A model generated the notes under the pieces. The model saw only the letters and a list, made by a program, of their open reading frames with translations, did not search any database and was not told where the DNA came from. DNA of 64,000 nucleotides from Pseudomonadota bacterium. GTDB lineage: Bacteria > Bdellovibrionota > FAC87 > UBA2466. The translations under genes were made by a program, and so were the position numbers. Where the stretch lies: assembly GCA_009927165.1 (NCBI GenBank), contig RFNO01000113.1:25152-89151 (forward strand). Reading direction: 5' to 3'. Every line of letters begins with the position of its first letter. Position 1 is the stretch's first letter. Below, piece by piece: positions 31,513-40,407 of the stretch.

Positions 31513-32732
31513 AGAAAACTTTTTCCAAGACCTGGCAGAAGCGGTGCAGACACTTTCAAACCGTCAAGCACAGTGGCACCTATGTCAGAAAATGATGAGC
31601 GATCGTCTAACCTTTGTCCAGGCACGCCGGGCGTGTAAGCAACGAGTGGGACATACTCTCGAGTATGGTCACTCCCCCTAAAAGTCGGGTCACAGCCATG
31701 ATCAGCCGTTAATATGAGACAATCTTGTGGAGTGAGTTCTCCAATGAGTTTAGGATAAAACTCATCCATCTCCACCAGAGCTTTCGCGTATCCGATAGGA
31801 TCTCTCCGATGGCCATACAACATGTCAAAGTCTACCAAATTCACAAAAATAAAAGCTTTTTCATTTTTAGTTTTCTGAAGAAAATCCAGAGTTGCTTTAA
31901 GACTATCCCGATTATTTCCCGTGTGACTTCCGCAACTAATCCCTCGGTGGGCAAAAATATCATCAATTTTGCCAACACTAACAACTTGAATGCCTGATTC
32001 GGTAAGCACATCTAAACAATTTTTTTCGGGAACCAAAGAATAGTCTCTTCGGTTTTCAGTTCTTTTAAATTCGCTCGGATTATCTCCTAAAAAAGGGCGA
32101 GCTATTACTCGGCCAATTTGGTAGGGAATTGTAATACTTCGTGCAATTTCGCAAATTTCATAAAGTCGCTGCAAACCAAAAGATTTTTCGTGAGCAGCAA
32201 TCTGAAATACAGAATCAGCAGAAGTATAAAGAATCGGTTTTCCCGTCTTTAAGTGCTCTTCTCCCAACCGAGAAATGATCTCAGTCCCGCTGGCATGACA
32301 ATTTCCCAACACACCGGGCAAACCAGCAGCTTCAACAAAACTCTTCACTAACTCTGGAGGAAAGCCCTGCGGAAAAACGGAAAAAGCTTTTTGGGTAACT
32401 ACTCCAGCAATTTCCCAATGACCAGAAGTCGTATCTTTTCCGACACTCTTTTCTGCAAGTCGAGACACGAGAGCCAAAGGATTTTTGACTGGAGAAATCC
32501 CAGGAAAAGTCCCCAAATTACCCAATCCTAATTTTTCTAAATTTTTTAATTTCAACCCCCCAACCTTCTCAGCAACATGCGCCAAGGTATTGGAACCCTG
32601 ATCCCCGTAAAACGAAGCGTCGGGTGCTTCACCCACTCCGAGACCATCAGCAACAAGACAAATAAATCTTTTAAATGTTTTCGGAGAAGCCATTTTAATA
32701 ACCTCCGCTGGCTGCTGGAGCTCCTTTGACAA
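31494..32732 (-). CDS. deoB: Phosphopentomutase
   Basis: 412 aa alkaline-phosphatase-like fold with metal-binding Asp/His blocks (TADHGCDPT, GHRRD). Confidence 0.85.
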   Translation of the reverse strand: MSKELQQPAEVIKMASPKTFKRFICLVADGLGVGEAPDASFYGDQGSNTLAHVAEKVGGLKLKNLEKLGLGNLGTFPGISPVKNPLALVSRLAEKSVGKDTTSGHWEIAGVVTQKAFSVFPQGFPPELVKSFVEAAGLPGVLGNCHASGTEIISRLGEEHLKTGKPILYTSADSVFQIAAHEKSFGLQRLYEICEIARSITIPYQIGRVIARPFLGDNPSEFKRTENRRDYSLVPEKNCLDVLTESGIQVVSVGKIDDIFAHRGISCGSHTGNNRDSLKATLDFLQKTKNEKAFIFVNLVDFDMLYGHRRDPIGYAKALVEMDEFYPKLIGELTPQDCLILTADHGCDPTFRGSDHTREYVPLVAYTPGVPGQRLDDRSSFSDIGATVLDGLKVSAPLLPGLGKSFLCDLQT

Positions 32733-33411
32733 TCGCGACTGAAGCAGAAGTTCCTAAACGGTTAGCCCCAGCCGTAATCATTTTGATGGCATCTTCGTAG
32801 GAGCGCACTCCCCCCGAAGCTTTTACTCCCATTTCTGCTCCAACAAGGTCACGCATCAATTGGACGTCCTCAACGGTGGCCCCGGCTTTTGAGAAGCCAG
32901 TTGAGGTTTTTACAAATGCAGCACCTGCTACTTTGGCAAGGGCACAAGCAATAGCCTTTTCCTCAAGAGAAAGTTCACTCGTTTCCAAAATTACTTTTAC
33001 CGGGGCTTGGCCCGCTGCTTTTACTACTTGCTGGATATCATTGAGGACTCGATCATATTCGTGATTTTTGAGCCAAATCCGATTCAGGACCATATCAATT
33101 TCTTGAGCTCCTATTTTGATAGCAGATTGGGTCATTTCCACTTTCTCTTTCGTGGGGGCGGTACCAGCGGGAAAACAGATAACCGCAATCGGAAGCACGC
33201 TGGAACCTTTAAGAGCCGCTACCGCACAGGGAAGCCACTTCAACTCAACACAAACCGTCTTAAATTTATGTTCAATCGCCTCAGCGCAGACCTTTTTAAT
33301 TTCGGCTTCGGTAGCCTCAGGACGCAATAACGTATGGTCAATAAATTGAGAAAGCCCTTGGGGGCTCAGTTGTTTAGGGTCAATGGCTTGATGCTTCATG
33401 AATAGATTCAA
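32695..33411 (-). CDS. deoC: Deoxyribose-phosphate aldolase
   Basis: 238 aa with a Schiff-base Lys region (FVKTSTGF) and the DeoC TIM-barrel pattern. Confidence 0.85.
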   Translation of the reverse strand: MNLFMKHQAIDPKQLSPQGLSQFIDHTLLRPEATEAEIKKVCAEAIEHKFKTVCVELKWLPCAVAALKGSSVLPIAVICFPAGTAPTKEKVEMTQSAIKIGAQEIDMVLNRIWLKNHEYDRVLNDIQQVVKAAGQAPVKVILETSELSLEEKAIACALAKVAGAAFVKTSTGFSKAGATVEDVQLMRDLVGAEMGVKASGGVRSYEDAIKMITAGANRLGTSASVAIVKGAPAASGGY

Positions 33412-33463
33412 TCAATTAAGGTGTGGGGCGTCAATCGGTAAGGCGTGAGAACCCCAAAATAAG

Positions 33464-34963
33464 CTAACCTGCCTTCTTTTTTAAAGAGGAGGGGCTTTCT
33501 AGACCGGTCGACTCATCCAGCTGGTCTCCATCGGGAGAAATATCTTTGGGAGTGGATGAAAAGAAGACTTGTTCTTCTCCATCGTCAGCTCCAAAAAGAC
33601 TGGCTAGAGCCTCTTCCTCGGACGGCTCAGATGCCCCTTTATTTTGGGGCTTTTCCGCTAGGACAGGAGCTTGCATTACGGGAGGTGTGCTTACTTTGGG
33701 AGGCATCATCGGTGAAGCATTTAAAACGGGGGGTACGGGAGGTACTGTCAACTTAGGAGGAACTGGAGGTTTTACGGCTGAAGGCAAGGAAGGCCCGGGA
33801 ATAGGAGGAGGGGGCATCACAGGAGGAACAGCCGACTTGGGAGGGGGCACTAGATTGGGTTTAGGTGGTATAGGTGCAGCGGAAACAGGTTTAGTCGTTG
33901 GGGCGCTATTAGTGTCTGTTCCCGTCTTTTTTAAATAGGGGGCAGCTTCTTCTTTGGTGACAATACCTTCGGCAACGAGATTTAAAAGACTTTGTTCCAT
34001 CAAAATCATACCGTCTTTTTTACCCGTTTGAATAACACCTTCCATCTGGAAGACTTTGCCTTCCCGAATCATGTTAGAAATCGCACTGTTTACTACCATG
34101 ATTTCATAAGCAGCTACTCGGCCTTGTCCGTCAGCTCGTTTGATTAGAGCTTGGCTAATTACTGCAAGAAGGGATTCAGCGATCATAGTTCTGATCATCG
34201 CTTGCTGTCCCTCGGGGAACGAATCAATCATACGGTCAATGGAAGCTGCAGCACCCCGAGTATGGAGTGTTCCAAATACCAAGTGGCCGGTCTCAGCAGC
34301 CGTAAGGGCTAATGAAATCGTTTCCAGATCTCGAAGCTCACCAATCAGAATGACATCGGGATCTTCTCTCAGGGCATATTTCAATGCATCTTGGAAAGTG
34401 TTGCATGAATGGCCGATGTCTCTTTGATTCACTAAACTTTTTTTGGATTGGTGGACAAACTCAATCGGATCTTCCACGGTCAGGATATGACCGGGGAAAG
34501 TAGTATTAATGTAGTCAATAATCGCTGCTAAAGTTGTCGACTTTCCGGAACCAGTAGGACCCGTTACTAGAATGAGACCTTTCGGCTTATCTGCTATTTT
34601 TCGAATAACCTCAGGAAGTCTCAAATCCTCCATGCTTGGAATTTTTACAGGGATGGTACGAAGAACCGCGGCAATCCCCTTACGATTCATGAAGACGTTC
34701 ACACGAAACTGACCGATAGAAGGTACGTAATAACTTTTATCTAAATTTTTTTCTTTGAGAAGTTTTTCTCTTTCTTCCGGGCTCAAAATTTCGAAAACAA
34801 TTTTTTTCACTTCGTCAGGCGAAGTGTGAGAATCTTGCAATCCTACCAAGTCTCCATCGATTCGAAACCGTACCGGTTCCTCTGCCGAAAAGTGAATATC
34901 GCTGGCTCGCTTCTCCATAGCAAAAGCAAGAATTTGGTCAATTTTTTTCATGACTCGCTCCAC
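33464..34963 (-). CDS. pilT: Type IV pilus retraction ATPase PilT with an atypical ~150-aa proline-rich C-terminal extension
   Basis: N-terminal PilT signature (ASDIHF, Walker A GPTGSGKST, Asp box, His box AIRTMIAESL). Residues from about 350 to 499 are PxxP / PPV-rich and end in an acidic stretch. Confidence 0.85.
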   Translation of the reverse strand: MERVMKKIDQILAFAMEKRASDIHFSAEEPVRFRIDGDLVGLQDSHTSPDEVKKIVFEILSPEEREKLLKEKNLDKSYYVPSIGQFRVNVFMNRKGIAAVLRTIPVKIPSMEDLRLPEVIRKIADKPKGLILVTGPTGSGKSTTLAAIIDYINTTFPGHILTVEDPIEFVHQSKKSLVNQRDIGHSCNTFQDALKYALREDPDVILIGELRDLETISLALTAAETGHLVFGTLHTRGAAASIDRMIDSFPEGQQAMIRTMIAESLLAVISQALIKRADGQGRVAAYEIMVVNSAISNMIREGKVFQMEGVIQTGKKDGMILMEQSLLNLVAEGIVTKEEAAPYLKKTGTDTNSAPTTKPVSAAPIPPKPNLVPPPKSAVPPVMPPPPIPGPSLPSAVKPPVPPKLTVPPVPPVLNASPMMPPKVSTPPVMQAPVLAEKPQNKGASEPSEEEALASLFGADDGEEQVFFSSTPKDISPDGDQLDESTGLESPSSLKKKAG

Positions 34964-35111
34964 ACCCTTAAAATCAAATGGGACAAAGGTATCTGTTCTC
35001 TCTCACTTATCGGCACAAAGAGAGAGTTCCGTTACCTTTCTCACGGCCACTTAATGCGACGCGACCAGACTGGAAATCCGCATGAATATTGAGAACATGC
35101 TAAACTAAGCT

Positions 35112-36989
35112 GTGTTTTCTACGATTCATTTTTTTCAGTCAGCACAAGAACTACCCGGACTTTTTGATTCTTTCTTCTCAGGAATTTTTCTCGTGCGGGG
35201 TTTGGCTATTTTTTTCCAAGTTGGATTGCTCTCGGCTTTCGCGCTTACCCTTTTTTCTTCTTATCGTTTTTCTCTTCAACCCAGTGGTGCATGGAAACGG
35301 TTAGCGAGCGGCGGCGCTTTCCTGACATTGGTTCTATCTGCGTTTTTGATTTTTCAACCTTGGGATGAACTTTTCATTTTCCTTCGGCATTCAAAACATC
35401 TGGCAGAAAACGGTATTTTTTCGTTCAACCGATTTGAAAAGAGCGAGGGGATTGTTGATTTCCTTCCCTTTTTTGTTTTGGGACTGCTCGCAAAACTAGG
35501 CCTGCCTCTGCTGGAGACCAATTTTGCGTTTGGAATCCTGGGCTCTTGGCTTTGCGTGACTGCAGCAAGACGTTTACTTATTGAACTCAAAGTGAAAGGT
35601 GCAGAAGTTTGGGCCTATCCCTTACTGGTTGTTTACCCTCCCCTTCTCTTAAACATGGGAAATGGTTTTACCGTTCTTTTATTTACTGCTTCTCTTTTAT
35701 GGAGTTTGAACTTTCTTTTCTTTGACAGAAAACCAGTGGCGGGTTGGTTTCTATTGTCCTTAGTACCGCTAATTCGGATCGAAGGATTGTGGTTTACTCT
35801 ACTTGTCTTAGTTTTCTCATTCAAAACGAATCGATTTCCCCCCAACAAATCTCTTCACGTACTGATTTCAATTGGTGTCTTTATTCCTGCTTTTTTTCTT
35901 ACCCTCTGGAGATTACGGTACTTTGGTCATTATCTCCCTGTACCAGTCCGCTACAAATCAGCTATCGGTAATGGCTTTTACGCACTTATTGGCGCTCGAA
36001 ATCTTTTTCTGGACCTCCTGGCCAGCCTTTCGGTCATATTTATCTGGCATTGGTTTATATTTCCGAAACAACGAGTTCAAAATAACGAGCAACTTAGGTT
36101 GGCATTCAAACTCTGGGGGCTGCTCCTCATTTTTTGTATGCCCTATTACTTTTCAGGAGGAGATTGGTTTCCTCCAGCTTGGGGAAGGTACTTATTTCCC
36201 TTTTCGTTTTTTGGATTTATTTTGTTTATCACTTTATTTGAAAGCTGCTCAACTGATGTCTTTAAGAGACAATCATACTTTCAGCTTTTAAATGCTGTTC
36301 TGTTAATCATTCTGACTTTACTTCCCTTTGGAAGCATCTCTAAATCCTTCGAAGTACTTTTTACACCAAAGAAAAGTTTGTCAGGACTCCATCAAAAAAA
36401 GACAGGTAAAAGCAATTTTCGACTTCAGCAACTCTCTCAGCTAGGAACCCATTTAAAGAATACTACTTCTCCAACTGCTCAAATTGCATCTTCTGAATTG
36501 GCTACCATTATGTATTTTGCCGAACGAGAAACCTTGGACTTATTGGGGGTTACCAATTCCGATATTGCTTCCTCACCGTTGCGTACTCCACCTAAACTTT
36601 TTTCCAAAGCCACTCGACGAAATGAACTTCCCTACTTAATTTTTAAGCGACTTAAACCTGAGTTAATTGCAGAAAAAAGACCGTCTATTGTTTATGCTTT
36701 TGATTTTCTGGTTACCGATCTCATCGAAAATAGGGAACTAGAAGAAATTAATGATTCGGATATTTTTTTGGCTCTTTCAAGATGGGAGCGCAGATTTCAA
36801 GGACTTAACGATGAACTTTTTGGTGGAATGACTGAGCTCAAACGAATCGGCTATGCTCCAGTAGTAGTCAAATATGGAGTTTCTTTTTACGCACTCTATT
36901 TCGTATCACCACAAGAAAAGGAAGATCACTTCCAGAGGATGAAGCAACATGGACTGATTGGCACTTTGATTAGGAATAATCGTCTTTAA
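35112..36989 (+). CDS. Large polytopic membrane protein (N-terminal multi-TM half, C-terminal ~230-aa soluble half), possibly a GT-C-like glycosyltransferase
   Basis: 625 aa, at least 10 TM helices, and a DE-containing loop after the early TMs (FQPWDELFIF). No precise family match recognised. Confidence 0.3.
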   Translation: MFSTIHFFQSAQELPGLFDSFFSGIFLVRGLAIFFQVGLLSAFALTLFSSYRFSLQPSGAWKRLASGGAFLTLVLSAFLIFQPWDELFIFLRHSKHLAENGIFSFNRFEKSEGIVDFLPFFVLGLLAKLGLPLLETNFAFGILGSWLCVTAARRLLIELKVKGAEVWAYPLLVVYPPLLLNMGNGFTVLLFTASLLWSLNFLFFDRKPVAGWFLLSLVPLIRIEGLWFTLLVLVFSFKTNRFPPNKSLHVLISIGVFIPAFFLTLWRLRYFGHYLPVPVRYKSAIGNGFYALIGARNLFLDLLASLSVIFIWHWFIFPKQRVQNNEQLRLAFKLWGLLLIFCMPYYFSGGDWFPPAWGRYLFPFSFFGFILFITLFESCSTDVFKRQSYFQLLNAVLLIILTLLPFGSISKSFEVLFTPKKSLSGLHQKKTGKSNFRLQQLSQLGTHLKNTTSPTAQIASSELATIMYFAERETLDLLGVTNSDIASSPLRTPPKLFSKATRRNELPYLIFKRLKPELIAEKRPSIVYAFDFLVTDLIENRELEEINDSDIFLALSRWERRFQGLNDELFGGMTELKRIGYAPVVVKYGVSFYALYFVSPQEKEDHFQRMKQHGLIGTLIRNNRL

Positions 36990-38397
36990 GCGCCATTTTG
37001 AGAAATTGTTTTCTAAACAGAAATAAAACAGAACTGACGATGAGAATCGACTGAATAATACTACCCAAGTCGGTGGCATAAGACATGACTGGCATGAGAA
37101 ATGCCATAAAAGCAAAATAAAAATAACCCTTCAAAAAATAATAGGACAATCGCTCAACCGCTGAAATAATGAGGCCCATCACGATTCCACAGATGTACAT
37201 TCCCATATAACCGAAATTCATGTAAGCCTCCGCAAAGTAGTTAACAGCCACGGAGGTTTGGTTGTCATCATCACTGAGAAAACCGTAAGTTTTTCCAAAT
37301 CGATTCCAAATATGTCTACTCGGTTTATCGCTCCATAAAAATCGAGGAATAAAGAGATACGGCAAACTTTCATAAGAAGCCCCGTTCCAGAAGGGCACAT
37401 AAGAGGGTGTCCAACTCATCACTCGCTCAAGGGAGTCGTCACCTAATCGAGAAAAACCATGCAGAAGCGAATCACCTACGTCTCGTGTTCCCGAGCTTAC
37501 AGCGTCTTCGTCAGTTTCCTCAATCGACTCTTCGATAAGAAACTTTTCATAAAGAAGAGTTCCCAGAACTTCAAAGCGCTCACTGTATTGCGCCGTTGGA
37601 TTATTAAAAATAAATTGTCGAAAGGAAGATTTTACTGTCTGCACCGCTGATCCCAACACGGTAAGAATTGCAGGAATTAAGAGAAGTTTGTAATTGCGTC
37701 TCAAACATGCTGCAATAAATATATAACCAGCTAGATTACCCACCATAGTCAACATTCCCGTTTTAATAAAGTAGAGAACTGCTGACACGAATACCCCAAT
37801 TCTGAGAAAGGAGCTTACTAATTCATTTTTTGGAGAATGAGAGCACATCAAAAGAACCAAGTCAGCGGCTACAGCTGCAAAATGGAAAATCAATGCCCAA
37901 GAAGGCAGATAATCAATAAAAAGTGGAACGCCAATCACGTAAAAGGAAACAACGGTCAGTTGCAAACGGCTTAAAGAGAGAAGTTGATACTTTTCTCGTT
38001 CAACAAAGGAGTAAAAAATAAACAGCCGAAAAAAATGATAGCTGGTTGCCATAATCAGCGTGCAAATAATCAACTCTTTTATAGAAGAAATTGCCTCAGG
38101 GAACAAATCATCTACTTTATAGATATTTTTCAACTGATTGTATTTGGGTATCGAATAACAAACAAAATGGTTAAAGAGGGTAAAAGTAATGAAATGATAC
38201 TTTTGTTTACCAAATGCGATTAGAAACGGAGTTATCTGAATGAGCATCAACAGATAGAGGTAGTTTACTCCTCCACCATCGAACAAAATTTGGTGTAAAA
38301 CGTAAGCAACACTGCCTGATAAAAACACAAAGACCACAAGGAAATAGACATTGAAAAACGTGGGATGAAAAAATTCTCTTCGTGCAGGTGCGTACAC
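36970..38397 (-). CDS. Polytopic membrane protein resembling the Wzy / O-antigen-ligase family (oligosaccharide polymerase or O-oligosaccharyltransferase-like)
   Basis: 475 aa, about 10-12 TM helices. A large Arg-containing extracytoplasmic loop near the C-terminus, then NYFAEAYMNFGYMGM, reminiscent of Wzy_C proteins. Confidence 0.3.
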   Translation of the reverse strand: MYAPARREFFHPTFFNVYFLVVFVFLSGSVAYVLHQILFDGGGVNYLYLLMLIQITPFLIAFGKQKYHFITFTLFNHFVCYSIPKYNQLKNIYKVDDLFPEAISSIKELIICTLIMATSYHFFRLFIFYSFVEREKYQLLSLSRLQLTVVSFYVIGVPLFIDYLPSWALIFHFAAVAADLVLLMCSHSPKNELVSSFLRIGVFVSAVLYFIKTGMLTMVGNLAGYIFIAACLRRNYKLLLIPAILTVLGSAVQTVKSSFRQFIFNNPTAQYSERFEVLGTLLYEKFLIEESIEETDEDAVSSGTRDVGDSLLHGFSRLGDDSLERVMSWTPSYVPFWNGASYESLPYLFIPRFLWSDKPSRHIWNRFGKTYGFLSDDDNQTSVAVNYFAEAYMNFGYMGMYICGIVMGLIISAVERLSYYFLKGYFYFAFMAFLMPVMSYATDLGSIIQSILIVSSVLFLFRKQFLKMALKDDYS

Positions 38398-38536
38398 GCC
38401 TACTCCTTGGCTGTGTGTAGTGAGGAACTAATTTTCCTAACTTAGATATCGGTATTTTCTAGAAATAACTTTTGCTGCCAGCCCTCAAGAATAGACCAGT
38501 AGCGTCATCCTGCCCTGTATTTTTGAGGTACACTGG

Positions 38537-39889
38537 TTGAATAAAATTATGCCATCAGTTCAAAGGCTTCTCCTAATAATCGTTTTTATCCTTACCCTCA
38601 GTCTGGTCTTGATGAGTCAATTTACTTTTTTTAGGCACGATGATTGGCTCATGCTCGGAAATAGCGTAACTATTCTGCCCCAAGATTGGAGCTTTCTCTG
38701 GTCTCATGAACTCTATTTTTCACCAACGGAAAAAGGAATTTGGTTCTTTCGTCCATTATTTAAAGGAATGGTATGGTTAGGTTATCAAGCCTTTGGCTAT
38801 CACCATTCCCTTTGGATGTTTTTTCAATGGTTTCTTATCCTAGCTAGTATTTTTATTGGAACCCGAACTTTTTACTCCCACCCCCAATCATTAAAAAAGG
38901 GATATGTATTTTCCTTACTTTCGGTAAGTTGCATCGCTTTCTATTTGCCTAGTTTAGTTTGGATGGGCGAAGGAATGATGAACATTCCTCAAGTCTTTCT
39001 GCTTTCCTTAGCAGTGTTCCTTTTTTTCCATTCGAATTTGTGGGCTCAAATCATGTCCCTTTTTTGTTTTTTACTCGCTTTGGGATTTAAAGAATCAAGT
39101 GCCTTTCTCCCTCTTTTTTTAATTGGGAAGCTTCTGGCAGAGAACACCTTCAACCGCAGATGGAAGTGGCTTATTCCCCATTTTGTATTAATGGGAGCAT
39201 ATCTTATATTTCGACTTGGCTTAGTGCCTATGAATCCGGGTTACATGCCTCAAATAAGCTTTTCCCATTTACTCAAACCCATTTTCTTTTTTGGGGCAGC
39301 TCTATGTTTGCCCTTGGTGGTTCTTTTGATTGATTCCTACAGTGGAAATGGAACTCTCTGGTACTTAAGCTTAAGGCGGTTCTGTTATTTCACTCCATTT
39401 ATTAGTCTTTTAGTTGCGCCTCACTTGGGTCACGGTTTTTTTTCTCCGGGTTGGTTTTTTCTTCCTGGCTTTTTTACCCTCTGGTCACTGGTAATTTCGC
39501 TTGAGATTCCTCTGGTTGAACAGATATCTCAAAAGCGGCTTGTAGTGCTGGCATTATTTTTTTCGCTCCTCCCCGTACTCTGGAAAGCACATGAACTTCG
39601 ATGGTGGGAATGGCGACAATCTCAACTGGCCGTTTACGATTGGGTCGAAAAATCCCCCAATTCGGTCACGGATATCTTGATTGAACAATGTAATTCATCT
39701 CAGAATTCATCGCTTACTTTTGAGCGTGTCGTTGGGGGACCAGAGCACATTGAACATCTTTGGAAGCTTAAACATCCCGGACTGGTCACAGTTCACTTGG
39801 TGCCATGCGATCAAACCTCACCTGATAAAGAGAAAACACCGAAGCACATTTCTGCTCGATGGAGCTTTCCAGATTTTATTACTAATTAA
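38537..39889 (+). CDS. Polytopic membrane protein, GT-C-fold (ArnT/PMT-like) glycosyltransferase candidate
   Basis: 450 aa. DD motif in the first extracytoplasmic loop (FFRHDDWLMLGN), at least 10 TM helices and a C-terminal soluble tail. Confidence 0.3.
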   Translation: MNKIMPSVQRLLLIIVFILTLSLVLMSQFTFFRHDDWLMLGNSVTILPQDWSFLWSHELYFSPTEKGIWFFRPLFKGMVWLGYQAFGYHHSLWMFFQWFLILASIFIGTRTFYSHPQSLKKGYVFSLLSVSCIAFYLPSLVWMGEGMMNIPQVFLLSLAVFLFFHSNLWAQIMSLFCFLLALGFKESSAFLPLFLIGKLLAENTFNRRWKWLIPHFVLMGAYLIFRLGLVPMNPGYMPQISFSHLLKPIFFFGAALCLPLVVLLIDSYSGNGTLWYLSLRRFCYFTPFISLLVAPHLGHGFFSPGWFFLPGFFTLWSLVISLEIPLVEQISQKRLVVLALFFSLLPVLWKAHELRWWEWRQSQLAVYDWVEKSPNSVTDILIEQCNSSQNSSLTFERVVGGPEHIEHLWKLKHPGLVTVHLVPCDQTSPDKEKTPKHISARWSFPDFITN

Positions 39890-39894
39890 TTTTC

Positions 39895-40407
39895 TTAAGT
39901 GTCAGATTGAGGATCGATTTCAACAAGCAAAGTTCCGGTTTCGACTGCTTGACCTTCTTTTACGCAAACATTCTTCACTCGGCCATCAACAAGGGCCTTT
40001 ATTTCATTTTCCATTTTCATGGCTTCCATTACCATCAGCGAATCACCGGTAGCAACAGTGTTTCCGACAACGGTGGATATTTTGGTGATTTTTCCGGGCA
40101 TTTTGGCGTAAACATTGTTCTCAACTTCTAGGTTCTGGCCCCGAAGCAAGCCGACGATTCTGCGATATTCGCTCTCGACAGAGAAGTTCAAATTCCCTTC
40201 CGGACGCCACACGGTATAATCAGTTTTATCACCGACAATATTCGCGTTAAAAACACCCTTTTCATGCAAAAGCGTGTAATCATTTCCATATGAAGATATG
40301 TCGACAAGTTGTTCAGGTTCATCACCGAACTTAACCCAATGCTGTTCATCGCGAGACTCTACTCGAACTTTGTACTCTTGCTCTTGATATCGGATGTAAA
40401 AAAGCAT
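39895..40407 (-). CDS. Biotin carboxyl carrier protein / biotinyl-domain subunit of acyl-CoA carboxylase
   Basis: C-terminal biotinyl domain with an EAMKMEN biotinylation motif. The N-terminal ~90 aa are not the usual Ala/Pro linker. Confidence 0.7.
   Translation of the reverse strand: MLFYIRYQEQEYKVRVESRDEQHWVKFGDEPEQLVDISSYGNDYTLLHEKGVFNANIVGDKTDYTVWRPEGNLNFSVESEYRRIVGLLRGQNLEVENNVYAKMPGKITKISTVVGNTVATGDSLMVMEAMKMENEIKALVDGRVKNVCVKEGQAVETGTLLVEIDPQSDT

Noticed and set aside
33546-33938. 130-aa Gly-rich +strand ORF
   Set aside because: It is the antisense shadow of the proline-rich (CCN-repeat) tail of pilT on the minus strand, GGN on the opposite strand. It is not an independent gene.
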